From assembly GCA_977020255.1 (NCBI GenBank), contig CDROCS010002866.1:1-64000 (forward strand): a stretch of 64,000 nt of DNA, read 5' to 3'. This DNA comes from Obrimoposthia wandeli. Its lineage: Eukaryota. How positions within the stretch are numbered: position 1 is the first letter of the stretch; each line of letters opens with the position of its first letter. This document shows positions 19,086 through 27,158 of this stretch, piece after piece. The notes under the pieces are model-generated. The model had not been told where the DNA came from and did no database searches. It was given only the letters and a program-made list of their open reading frames with translations. The position numbers and the translations under genes are program-made.

Positions 19086-19187
19086 GCCTAACGCCGTTTT
19101 AATCGGCGAGAAACAGTTTGCTGGACGGTAAAACAAAGTAGAACCGAGCAAACTGTTGCGATTCCGACTTTAAAATCCTTATTATGT
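19086..19187 (-). repeat. attC site, ~100-bp host-type
   Basis: GCCTAAC-GCC...AGCAAACTGTT...TCC...TTAAAATCCTTATTATGT. Confidence 0.75.
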
Positions 19188-19192
19188 TTTTA

Positions 19193-19551
19193 CTACTTAC
19201 CCATAAAGAAATCTAATATTGAAATAAATAAGACAGGAATTAAACCTGCTATACATGAATTTTAAAAGATTTTTATATTTATGCTTATACAGTAGCAAAG
19301 TTTTCACCTGCTAAATGACCTGCAAGTACACCTAATAATGAAAAAAGTATAAACCCATCGAAAGCACCGTAAACCAGCCAAGCTGTAAATACCATTTTGG
19401 GTACTTCGAGAAAATGACGCTATGAGCTATATTCTCCAAATGGTCCAATAATTCCTCCCATAGGGATAGGAAAGCGAAAAATAAACGCAAACGTCAATGC
19501 AATGGCTAAACTAGAAAATAAAGTAAGAATAATTCCTTTTAATATATTCAT
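19193..19551 (-). pseudogene. Membrane protein gene broken by frameshifts
   Basis: MNILKGIIL...PFGEYSS* continues in another frame as hydrophobic MVFTAWLVYGAFDGFILFSLLG and AGLIPVLFISILDFFMGK*. Confidence 0.6.
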
Positions 19552-19569
19552 ACTCTGTCCTTGAGAAAA

Positions 19570-19667
19570 ACATAACGCCTCATTATGAAGAAAATAATGG
19601 CTGGCTAAAATAGGCGGCGAAGGAGTAAATAGCCAACTGCTATTTATCATTTTAAATAACTTATAGC
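19570..19667 (-). repeat. attC site, ~100-bp host-type
   Basis: ACATAAC-GCC...GGCTAAAAT...GCGAAGGAG...AGCCAACTG. Confidence 0.8.
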
Positions 19668-19683
19668 GTTCATGTTAATTAAC

Positions 19684-20217
19684 TTAAAACTTTTTTGTAT
19701 GTGCGCGTAATTTCTTACTAGCCCAATCGTAATGGCTCGGCATAGCTGATACGCAATAACTACCCAGCGAGGTAGTCCCTGTCCAATCGAAAAATTGTTT
19801 GGTAAAAAGCTGCTCGTTAGAGAAGGTCTCCACTAATTCCAATACTGCTTCGTGGCTAGCTTTAAGCATTTCCATTGCATCTTCAAGTTGTGTGTTTTGG
19901 TGTTTTTTCCAAAACACTATGTTCATTTCACCGTATGTTTTAAAGCTATATGGCTTAGGAATAAACGGCGATTTATTTCCCGCTACGTTAGCATCAACCC
20001 AGCTTAAAAGTAATTGATGCCACTCGTAAAGGTGAGTCAATACATCTCTAAGGTTCTTATCTCGGCTCCAATGCGCTTCCTTTTTTTTAAAGTCACTTGA
20101 AAAGTCGAATTCCGTGTTTAAAGAATCCTCTGGCATTGAGTGAATTATTTGCCATAATTTTTCAAAATTATTATTCGCCGCTGCGAATAATTCGTCTTTT
20201 GTTGTAGCTCTTGTCAT
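19684..20217 (-). CDS. ClbS/DfsB family (DUF1706) four-helix bundle protein
   Basis: RDKNLRDVLTHLYEWH...PSHYDWA. Confidence 0.8.
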   Translation of the reverse strand: MTRATTKDELFAAANNNFEKLWQIIHSMPEDSLNTEFDFSSDFKKKEAHWSRDKNLRDVLTHLYEWHQLLLSWVDANVAGNKSPFIPKPYSFKTYGEMNIVFWKKHQNTQLEDAMEMLKASHEAVLELVETFSNEQLFTKQFFDWTGTTSLGSYCVSAMPSHYDWASKKLRAHTKKF

Positions 20218-20230
20218 TTATATACTCCCC

Positions 20231-20313
20231 ATTAAACGCAACTCTCGTAATGCGCGCCAACTGCGAAATGCCTTCGAGCATCTTTGGTGCTGAAGTGATA
20301 CTACTTGTTAGCT
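20231..20313 (-). repeat. attC-like site, heterologous type
   Basis: TAAAC-GC...ACTACTT-GTTAGCT. Confidence 0.6.
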
Positions 20314-20365
20314 GCAATATCTTCAAACCGACCTAAACGTTTTTTAATATTCAATAACCCTTGGC

Positions 20366-20680
20366 TTATTTTTTCTTGAATTCATCCACTTGCTGTACCC
20401 TAATAATTTTCAACTCGTTGTCTTTTCTAAATTTAACGATAATTAAAAGTAAATTCAAAAGAAAATATGCACTTGTTATCATTACTGCGTTATAGCCTGG
20501 GGAAGCAATCCAAGTAATTAAAACTATAAAGATGGCTAAACCGTGAAAACAGCCATAAATCCTTGATCTTATCTCGCTGCTTACCCATCGTTGTAAACCT
20601 TTATCAGACTTCCCTTTTAGCATCTCAGCTTGGAGTTTAAAGACCTCTAAATCACCATGTTCATTGGATGCTCCTGACAT
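20366..20680 (-). CDS. Hypothetical two-TM protein
   Basis: ORF with GGAGG RBS directly after an attC core. Confidence 0.55.
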   Translation of the reverse strand: MSGASNEHGDLEVFKLQAEMLKGKSDKGLQRWVSSEIRSRIYGCFHGLAIFIVLITWIASPGYNAVMITSAYFLLNLLLIIVKFRKDNELKIIRVQQVDEFKKK

Positions 20681-20694
20681 AAATAATAACCTCC

Positions 20695-20794
20695 AGTTAA
20701 CCCTCCACTAAGAAGCTTTTAATTGTTGTTTAAAATGTAAAGTGAAGCGGAAGCTAGCCTACTGCTAATAACCCTGATCAATGGCTTGTTATAC
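20695..20794 (-). repeat. attC site, ~100-bp host-type
   Basis: AGTTAAC...CTAAGAAG...TAAAATG...GCGGAAG...GGCTT-GTTATAC. Confidence 0.8.
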
Positions 20795-21655
20795 GGAGAT
20801 TACCACCGTACCAACGATGCTTGCAAAACCACCTACTTTTACATTGATTACAGTAGCGTTATCACATTTAACGGAAGCTGTAATTATAGAAGTACAATCC
20901 ATCGCTCTACCTTGTTCAAAAACATAGTTACTTCCCAAAGTTAAATGCTCTGTAAGATAACATGCTAAAGCACCACTAGAGCTGCCCGTAGCTGATTCTT
21001 CTGAGATACCAAACAATGGAGCAAAGTTACGGCAGCTTGCTGTAAATTTACTTTCAGAATCACAAAGCTCAAAAACATGAAAACCAACAACCTTATGCTT
21101 CTCGCAAAAGTTAGCGATAAGTTCATCATTTGGTTCTATCAAATCTAAATATCCGTTAGGAACAGGAATAATCACATCAGGTAGCCCTGTTGAAATAACT
21201 TCAATAGGTAACTTCGTGCTTTCTAATATGCTGCTTTCAATGCCAATAACATCTGAAATTTCTTGATATGAAAAGCAATCTAATTTTTGAGGTAATTGCT
21301 GCTCCATTACTACCTTACCATTTGGTTCAATGGTCACTGGTATTATTCCAACTTTCGTACGTTGAACATAAGAGCCTGCTGTAAGAATACCTTTTTGGTG
21401 CATAATAGAAAAAGTTGCTAACGTAGCGTGGCCGCAAAAGTCAACTTCGCCTGTTGTAGTAAAGAACGAGACCTCATAATCAGCTTCGTCATCACTAGAA
21501 ACAAAAGCCGTTTCTGAATACCCTACAGCTTGTGCAACTTTCAGTTTTTGAGCATCCGACAGTTGGTCGCTATTCAAGACAACACCTGCTGGGTTCCCGC
21601 CTTTTCCATTTACAGTAAATGAGTTTACCAAAGCAACTTCGATATTCACCAACAC
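20789..21655 (-). CDS. PhzF family phenazine biosynthesis-like epimerase
   Basis: GGNPAGVV, YSETAFV, EVDFCGHAT, EESATGS. Confidence 0.92.
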   Translation of the reverse strand: MLVNIEVALVNSFTVNGKGGNPAGVVLNSDQLSDAQKLKVAQAVGYSETAFVSSDDEADYEVSFFTTTGEVDFCGHATLATFSIMHQKGILTAGSYVQRTKVGIIPVTIEPNGKVVMEQQLPQKLDCFSYQEISDVIGIESSILESTKLPIEVISTGLPDVIIPVPNGYLDLIEPNDELIANFCEKHKVVGFHVFELCDSESKFTASCRNFAPLFGISEESATGSSSGALACYLTEHLTLGSNYVFEQGRAMDCTSIITASVKCDNATVINVKVGGFASIVGTVVISV

Positions 21656-21666
21656 CCTCTTCCTCG

Positions 21667-21766
21667 TATAAACGCCTCATTTAGAGGCAAAAAATTAGTT
21701 AGTTAAAATAAGCGACGTAGGAGCAAAAACTAGCTGTTATTTATTCTTTTCAATGACTTGTATGGC
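21667..21766 (-). repeat. attC site, ~100-bp host-type
   Basis: TAAAC-GCC...TAGAGGC...GCGACGTAGGAGCAAAAACTAGCTGTT...CTTGTATGGC. Confidence 0.8.
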
Positions 21767-21770
21767 GCTG

Positions 21771-22019
21771 TTAGTCGCAACCACCACTATCTGAACCTCC
21801 ACCGTCATGACCACCTGAGTATCCGCCACTACCTGAACCGGAACTTGAATTTCCATCGCTAAGTAAACCGAATCTATGTAATATTTTTATAGCGGTAATT
21901 AAGGCACAAAAACCAAAGATGAGCGGTGCAAAAACACTTTCAAATACACTATCTGATACAAGTTCAATAGATGTCCATGTGAAGTACATGATAACAAGCA
22001 CGATTAACCAAAATTTCAT
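21771..22019 (-). CDS. Hypothetical two-TM protein with Gly/Ser-rich C-terminus
   Basis: GGAGG RBS; SGSGSGGYSGGHDGGGSDSGGCD tail. Confidence 0.65.
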   Translation of the reverse strand: MKFWLIVLVIMYFTWTSIELVSDSVFESVFAPLIFGFCALITAIKILHRFGLLSDGNSSSGSGSGGYSGGHDGGGSDSGGCD

Positions 22020-22237
22020 TTAAGCCTCCATTTTACATTTAATGTTTAGTACCTAGCCATAATGACTTCACCCTAGGCTAAGCTCTTTATCTTGGGTAAT
22101 AATCCGAATCCATGAAGGAAAAGAATGTTTAAATTATAAGCAGGAACAAGTGAGCGTTACTTGACGTGGTGAGTCATACCAACGCTTAAAGAACCAGCTG
22201 CTGTTTCATTTCTATCCGCGCTACTTGAATTGCTAGC

Positions 22238-22606
22238 TTATATTTCCGATATCAAAGTTTCGAATAATTCTTCAATCTTCTTTAGGACTGGATGATTTTC
22301 AACTTGATAATTCCTGCAATAATCTTCTGTTGTCTGGTGAACTATCAGTGTTTCCCCATCAACATCTACGATAGCTAAACGTAAAGGTAGATCCAGGCTC
22401 ATTGCTATGTCCGTTTGCATCAGTTTGGTTCCGGCTACAGGGTTCCCAAAAATCAGTACTCGCGATGCTGCCATTTCTAAGTCTACGCTTTTAGCGTTCG
22501 CTTGATGGTCTATATCAACAAAAATTTTAAAGCCTTTTTCTTGTAATGATTTAGTCAGGTATTCCGCTGAATCTTTTACTGATAAGTTTACTTTTATTCT
22601 TTTCAT
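22238..22606 (-). CDS. DUF302 domain protein
   Basis: IDHQANA...LIFGNPVAGT.LMQ...LDLPLR. Confidence 0.85.
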   Translation of the reverse strand: MKRIKVNLSVKDSAEYLTKSLQEKGFKIFVDIDHQANAKSVDLEMAASRVLIFGNPVAGTKLMQTDIAMSLDLPLRLAIVDVDGETLIVHQTTEDYCRNYQVENHPVLKKIEELFETLISEI

Positions 22607-22652
22607 TTTGAGTTATTTCTCCGAAATTGAATATCTGCTATTCGCTTATAAA

Positions 22653-22753
22653 AGCTAACGCCTGTTTAAGGGGCTTAAAATAGCTTGCTAAAATGTGTAG
22701 CGAAGCGAAACCAAGCAAACTGTTAACAGTCCCGCTTTAAATTCTTGCATGTG
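22653..22753 (-). repeat. attC site, ~100-bp host-type
   Basis: AGCTAAC-GCC...TTAAGGGG...GCTAAAATG...GCGAAGCGAA...AACTGTT...GTCCC. Confidence 0.85.
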
Positions 22754-23121
22754 TTTTTAAACAAAGACTGTTCGTTCTCTAATTCAATCTTCTGTTTTAC
22801 TTTAATATCTTTCCAGCTTTCACCGTTTTCGACACCAGAAATACGCTCTTCATATTTAATACATGTACGTTTTAAAACAGAGCTTACATTAATTCCTGAT
22901 TCTTTCTCCAAGTTGATGAGGACATTTAGATAATCCCATAAAACATCGCCAAGCTCTTCCTCTAGATAGCAAGATCGGTTTTTAGGTATTTCCTCAATTA
23001 CTTCATCAATTTCACCTTTAATTTCTGTCAAATATGTATTAGCGCCATTTGACCAATCACTTTCTTGATCTATTTGCTTCTTTCTTCTGGCAATGGCCAA
23101 TAAAATATCGAACTCTTTCAT
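22723..23121 (-). CDS. MazG-like nucleotide pyrophosphohydrolase
   Basis: EIKGEIDEV...LEEELGDVLW dimeric NTP-PPase motif. Confidence 0.8.
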   Translation of the reverse strand: MKEFDILLAIARRKKQIDQESDWSNGANTYLTEIKGEIDEVIEEIPKNRSCYLEEELGDVLWDYLNVLINLEKESGINVSSVLKRTCIKYEERISGVENGESWKDIKVKQKIELENEQSLFKNTCKNLKRDC

Positions 23122-23137
23122 CAAAACCTCTCTAAAC

Positions 23138-23241
23138 ACATAGCGCCCGTCTCACCGAGCAAATATTTGACGACGGCTTTTGTGCGTTATTTTTACAAAA
23201 GGCGACAGTGGATATTTGTCCGGTGAAGCCGCTTGTTCAAC
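23138..23241 (-). repeat. attC site (~104 bp)
   Basis: CATAGC-GCC...CACCG...ATATTTG...GTCCGGTGAAGCCGCTT-GTTCAAC. Confidence 0.75.
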
Positions 23242-23268
23242 AGGCATTAGCACGACAAAACGCTTGAG

Positions 23269-23751
23269 TCAGATCTCATTCGACACCACCAATTTCTTAG
23301 TCATGCTGTACAGTATAACGTCCTTATATTTCTCTGGATGAAGGGTGTTCGTTCGTCGCCAACCTAGGTGTTCATAGATCATCTGATTTTCCAATGCTAG
23401 ACCGCCTACAATCAATTGAAGCGACCGATGTCCTGCGTCAATAGCAGCACGTTCGACTACCTCAAGTAATTTGGAGCTAATCCCTTTACCACGGCGATCC
23501 GGTGCTACCATCAGACGCTCAATGTTCGGAATGCCCCTGTATATGCGTAGACTAACCGCTCCAACAATTCGGTATTTTTCAATAGCAACCCAAGATTTGG
23601 ACTCGGCGAGCCGTGCTACGAATTCGACAAGAGCCTCGTTCAGAGAGGGAATATCCGGGGTCTCGTACAATCGCCCTTCGTCTACAAACGCTGCACGTTG
23701 AAGCGTAAACATTTCGCCGTGATCTGCAGCCACTTCCGATCGAATTTTCAT
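23269..23751 (-). CDS. GNAT family acetyltransferase
   Basis: IERLMVAPDRRGKGISSKLL; more GC-rich than its neighbours. Confidence 0.85.
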   Translation of the reverse strand: MKIRSEVAADHGEMFTLQRAAFVDEGRLYETPDIPSLNEALVEFVARLAESKSWVAIEKYRIVGAVSLRIYRGIPNIERLMVAPDRRGKGISSKLLEVVERAAIDAGHRSLQLIVGGLALENQMIYEHLGWRRTNTLHPEKYKDVILYSMTKKLVVSNEI

Positions 23752-23851
23752 ACTGCGTCGCCTTTTTACTGATTTCTTTCAAATAATCCTGTTTGTGGAG
23801 CAGTTGTCCCACGTATAAAAACTGAGAAATTCCAGCAATTGGCTTATTAAC

Positions 23852-23952
23852 GTTGAACGCCCAATTAATGAGCTAAAAATTGTTGGCTAAAGAAAGCGAC
23901 GAAGGAGCAAAAAGCCAATTGTTCTTTGTCCTGATTGATCTGCTTGTTAGCC
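23852..23952 (-). repeat. attC site, ~100-bp host-type
   Basis: TGAAC-GCC...TTGGCTAA...GCGACGAAGGAG...AGCCAATTG...GCTT-GTTAGCC. Confidence 0.85.
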
Positions 23953-24405
23953 TGACGTTATACTTAAAAAGTAATTATAAACCCCACTGCTTTTTTCATA
24001 GCCCAATGATTCGTATAATGCTTGGGCATTATGATTATCTTCTGATGTTTCAAGAGCAATACCATTAGCATTAGTTTCTGCTGCTAATGTATTAGCAGCA
24101 CTCATCAACTGTTTTGCAACCCCAAGGCCTCTTGCACGTTCGGCCACAAACAGATCATTTAACACCCAACTTCTTTTAGCTGAAACAGAAGAAAATGTTG
24201 GATAAAGTTGAGTAAAACCTAAATAGTCTCCATCCTGGTTTTGAGCGAAAAATATAACCGATTCACTATTGCGAATACGTTCAGAAATAAAATTAGCAGC
24301 TAAATCTATATCCGTCTCTTGTTTATAAAACATGCGGTATGAATTAAATAACTCTGACACACCCTTAATATTTTCTAATGTTGCCTGCTTAACACTTATG
24401 TTCAA
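23947..24405 (-). CDS. GNAT family acetyltransferase
   Basis: GFTQLYPTFSSV...LNDLFV...RGLGVA...AQALYESLGY; TTG start chosen downstream of the attC core. Confidence 0.88.
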   Translation of the reverse strand: MNISVKQATLENIKGVSELFNSYRMFYKQETDIDLAANFISERIRNSESVIFFAQNQDGDYLGFTQLYPTFSSVSAKRSWVLNDLFVAERARGLGVAKQLMSAANTLAAETNANGIALETSEDNHNAQALYESLGYEKSSGVYNYFLSITSG

Positions 24406-24420
24406 TTGATACCCCTTGAA

Positions 24421-24523
24421 GCCTAACGCCTCACTAAGATGCAAATAATTGTTGGCTAATAAAATAGGTGACGAAGGAGCAAATAGCCAACTGTTACTTG
24501 TCCTGTTGAGTGGCTTGTATGTG
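24421..24523 (-). repeat. attC site, ~100-bp host-type (first cassette)
   Basis: GCCTAAC-GCCTCACTAAG...TTGGCTAA...AGCCAACTGTT...GTCCTGTTGAGTGGCTTGTATGTG. Confidence 0.9.
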
Positions 24524-24531
24524 AAATGCGA

Positions 24532-24798
24532 CTACCTAAGCTGACTATCTTTACTGCCACGACGATTAATACCCCCTGTACTAGCAATTTTTGCTTCAAC
24601 ATTGGATTGGCATGATATACAAAGCTGAACTCCAGGGATCGCTGAACGCCTAGCCTCTGGAATAGTAGATTCACATTCTTCACAGACCTTAGCACTTTTA
24701 CCTGACTTAATATTGCTTCGTGCTAACTCAACGGCATCTTTCACACTTGCATCAATTTGATCTTGTACTGCTCCATCACGAACCCAGCCACCTGCCAT
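24532..24798 (-). CDS. DksA/TraR family C4 zinc-finger protein (YbiI-like)
   Basis: MAGGWVRDGAVQDQID, CEEC...IPEARR...C..CQ. Confidence 0.9.
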   Translation of the reverse strand: MAGGWVRDGAVQDQIDASVKDAVELARSNIKSGKSAKVCEECESTIPEARRSAIPGVQLCISCQSNVEAKIASTGGINRRGSKDSQLR

Positions 24799-24839
24799 CT
24801 AAATGCCCCTTTATGAAATGATTTACTATAAGACTTTAC

Positions 24840-24890
24840 ACATAACTGTTTAATACTGCGCATGCGCATTTAAACGGAGAAGTAAATTCT
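24840..24890 (-). other. attI recombination site
   Basis: Minus strand ...TTTAAATGCGCATGCGCAGTATTAAACA-GTTATGT; no attC-style palindrome; lies between the first cassette and intI. Confidence 0.75.
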
Positions 24891-25093
24891 ACAAAAAAAT
24901 ATAACTATTTTATTTACCAATAAAAATATCTATTTTATAAAAGCCTTCCTGGGAAAAATAGCATGCGCGTTTGTAAAAAGAACGAGTTTCTCATTATGTG
25001 TTTTTTTACTTATCTATATCACTGATATTGCATCAGTTTCCATTTTATTACCAGCGTAAACGAGCACGACCTCAAGTTAACATTGAAATAATA

Positions 25094-25109
25094 CTGGTTA
25101 CATATACAA
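25094..25109 (+). promoter_or_regulatory. Degenerate LexA (SOS) box upstream of intI
   Basis: CTGG-TTACATAT-ACAA versus CTGT-N8-ACAG; position typical of intI promoters. Confidence 0.45.
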
Positions 25110-25130
25110 CCATCAAACATGGTAATTCTT

Positions 25131-25618
25131 ATGTAGAAATGCCAATTTACCGATCAAGTTAGACAATCTATCAGGCTGCGTGGTTACAGTATACGTACCG
25201 AAAAAATTTATGCTTTTTGGATGGCTGATTTAATCCGCTTTCATAATTTCACACATCCAACTAAACTGGGTGCTAAAGAGGTTGGGCAATTTTTATCGTA
25301 TCTAGCCAATAGCAGGCATGTGGCGATTAACACGCAAAAAACAGCGCTAAACTCCTTAGCTTTTTTGTACCATCAATGGGTGATCTTGGATTCAAATATG
25401 CAACCAAACAAAGGAGCATACCTATTGTATTAATCACTGAAGAGGTAAAACAAATCCTGCTTCAATTAAGCGGGCGTAATCATCTGATTATTTCATTGCT
25501 ATACGGTTCTGGTTTACGCAAATCCCAATGCATGAGATTACGAGTTCAAAATGTGAATCTGCAAAAATTATCTTTAACAGGACATGATGGTTGGATTAAG
25601 CTTCACTATTCTCAGTGA
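25131..25618 (+). pseudogene. intI: Integron integrase pseudogene
   Basis: ATG-TAG then QVRQSIRLRGYSIRTEK...FH...HP...EVGQFLSYLA...TQKTALNSLAFLY; frameshift ~25375; LLYGSGLR...RLRV; homology ends after GHDG at ~25593. Confidence 0.93.
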
Positions 25619-25759
25619 AACGACCCCGGCTTTGGCTTCCTGTGTCGCTCTACCTTCTGCATACATGCTTTAGTGTGCGCGCTTGCAAGGTGTTGTGGGG
25701 ATTGAGGGTTAGCTACCCTGGGCTAACCGATTATAGGTCATTTTTATTATTTCCCTTTT

Positions 25760-26017
25760 TTATTCATATAATCCAGCTAAGAGAGCATAGCCCATCACCA
25801 TGCCAACTCCTATAGCTGCACACTTATCAGATCTACCTAAATATTCTTTTCCAATGTCGGAGTAATCCTCGATGGGGGCGCGTTTAAAAGATTTAATTGA
25901 TTTTTCCTGCAATGTGTTTTGGATCTTTAAATGTTTGCGCGCACGATACTGGTACGTGAAACCTGCAAAACAAATTAGTATGCCGACTATGCCAATTACA
26001 TCGATGATTAATTTCAT
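25760..26017 (-). CDS. Hypothetical two-TM protein, cassette-like
   Basis: GTTATAA core (26021-26027) three bases before the ATG. Confidence 0.65.
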   Translation of the reverse strand: MKLIIDVIGIVGILICFAGFTYQYRARKHLKIQNTLQEKSIKSFKRAPIEDYSDIGKEYLGRSDKCAAIGVGMVMGYALLAGLYE

Positions 26018-26373
26018 GACTTATAACAGCCTTATTAGGCGGAAGTATCCCTTGTTAAAATACAGAACAGCTGCGCCTATCATATTATTAATTTAATTTG
26101 TGAATTTGATATTAACATTATATTTCAATGATTAACGCCATTTATATCTTTCAGCTTGCGATGGAATCGCGAAACACTTTCGCTAATAAGCGATGCATTT
26201 CGAAAGTACATCAACTGCACATAAATCCAGTATGCTATTTGTAAGAGATTTGCCGTAAATCCCCTGTACTCCCGCACTAGCAAATACATTTTCTGCAGGT
26301 ATTACACTATGCGAATTTTCATATACTGATCTTTATTGAATAAAATACAATATCAAGTTCAACTATCTACAAA

Positions 26374-26949
26374 CTACTTCGCTTCAGCTCTACTAATGAA
26401 TTTACGCTCTTCAACATTGATTTTAATTCTTTCGCCACTGGCGATATACTCAGGCACTTGCACAACAACGCCAGTCGTTAGTGTTGCAGGTTTAGTACGT
26501 GCAGAAGCTGAAGCACCTTTAATAGAGGGGTCTGTTTCGACAATTTCTAGTTCGACAATGCCCGGTAAATCTAGACCCACAGGGTTACCATCAACGATCA
26601 CTACATATAAACCATCAGTTTCTTCGTTGATGAATAATAGCTCATCGGCAATCGCTTCTTTGCGCAGTGCATAAGGGGTGTAATCTTCTTTATCAAGAAA
26701 TACGTATTCATCGCCATCGACGTAGGAAAACATAGCTTGTTTACGCACTAAATCTGCAAGATTTAGCATTTCAGAATCTTTGAAAGATTCATCTATTTTA
26801 CCGCCGCTTACGATATCGTACATACGCATTCTATAGATGCTGCCGCCGGTACGACCTTGCGGGACTGAACGCTCAATGTCTTTAACGATGTAGGTTTTTC
26901 CATTGTAATCTAGAGCGACGTTCTTTTTAATCTCGCTGGCTTTTGGCAT
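26374..26949 (-). CDS. yeiP: Elongation factor P-like protein
   Basis: SVPQGRTGG loop, [19 protein letters not shown] typical of EfpL/YeiP. Confidence 0.92.
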   Translation of the reverse strand: MPKASEIKKNVALDYNGKTYIVKDIERSVPQGRTGGSIYRMRMYDIVSGGKIDESFKDSEMLNLADLVRKQAMFSYVDGDEYVFLDKEDYTPYALRKEAIADELLFINEETDGLYVVIVDGNPVGLDLPGIVELEIVETDPSIKGASASARTKPATLTTGVVVQVPEYIASGERIKINVEERKFISRAEAK

Positions 26950-27094
26950 TTTTCTCTTCCCAATAAAGTGAAATATTTAAAGTAGAATACTCTTCTCTTA
27001 ATAAGATTATTATCGACTAGGTAGTCAATCATCATGGAAGGTATGGTAGCAGCCTAAGCTGCTGAGGTAAAAGTTTTAGGTGATTGAAATAGCT

Positions 27095-27132
27095 AACTTA
27101 TACCCTTCTCGCAAGCAATGAGGGTATAAGTT
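27095..27132. terminator. Stem-loop terminator after the ABC operon
   Basis: 12-bp inverted repeat AACTTATACCCT...AGGGTATAAGTT. Confidence 0.65.
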
Positions 27133-27158
27133 AAAGTAAATTGAGGAAGCCGTGAATA

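Larger units (their letters stand above)
1..25618 (-). mobile_element. Chromosomal integron: cassette array (continues past left edge), attI and inactivated intI
   Basis: About 27 attC-like RYYYAAC...GTTRRRY imperfect palindromes alternate with co-oriented minus-strand ORFs; attI at ~24846; divergent IntI-like pseudogene at 25131-25618. Confidence 0.93.

Noticed and set aside
2458-24523. Regularly spaced intergenic repeats as a CRISPR array
   Set aside because: Units are 60-105 bp imperfect palindromes separated by whole genes with RYYYAAC/GTTRRRY ends. No cas genes are present. These are attC sites.
24456-24695. 79-aa minus-strand ORF overlapping the TraR-like gene and attC
   Set aside because: Alternative frame running through an attC; no family signal.
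25670-25700. GTGCG as a group II intron 5' end inside intI
   Set aside because: No domain V/VI consensus or reverse transcriptase ORF was found nearby.
25615-25815. 66-aa plus-strand ORF after intI
   Set aside because: It spans the structured non-coding insert and overlaps the 3' end of the minus-strand gene; not IntI-like.
26100-26330. Possible tRNA or riboswitch in the long spacer before yeiP
   Set aside because: No T-loop/D-loop consensus or known aptamer motif was recognisable by eye; no tRNA or rRNA was seen anywhere in the window.
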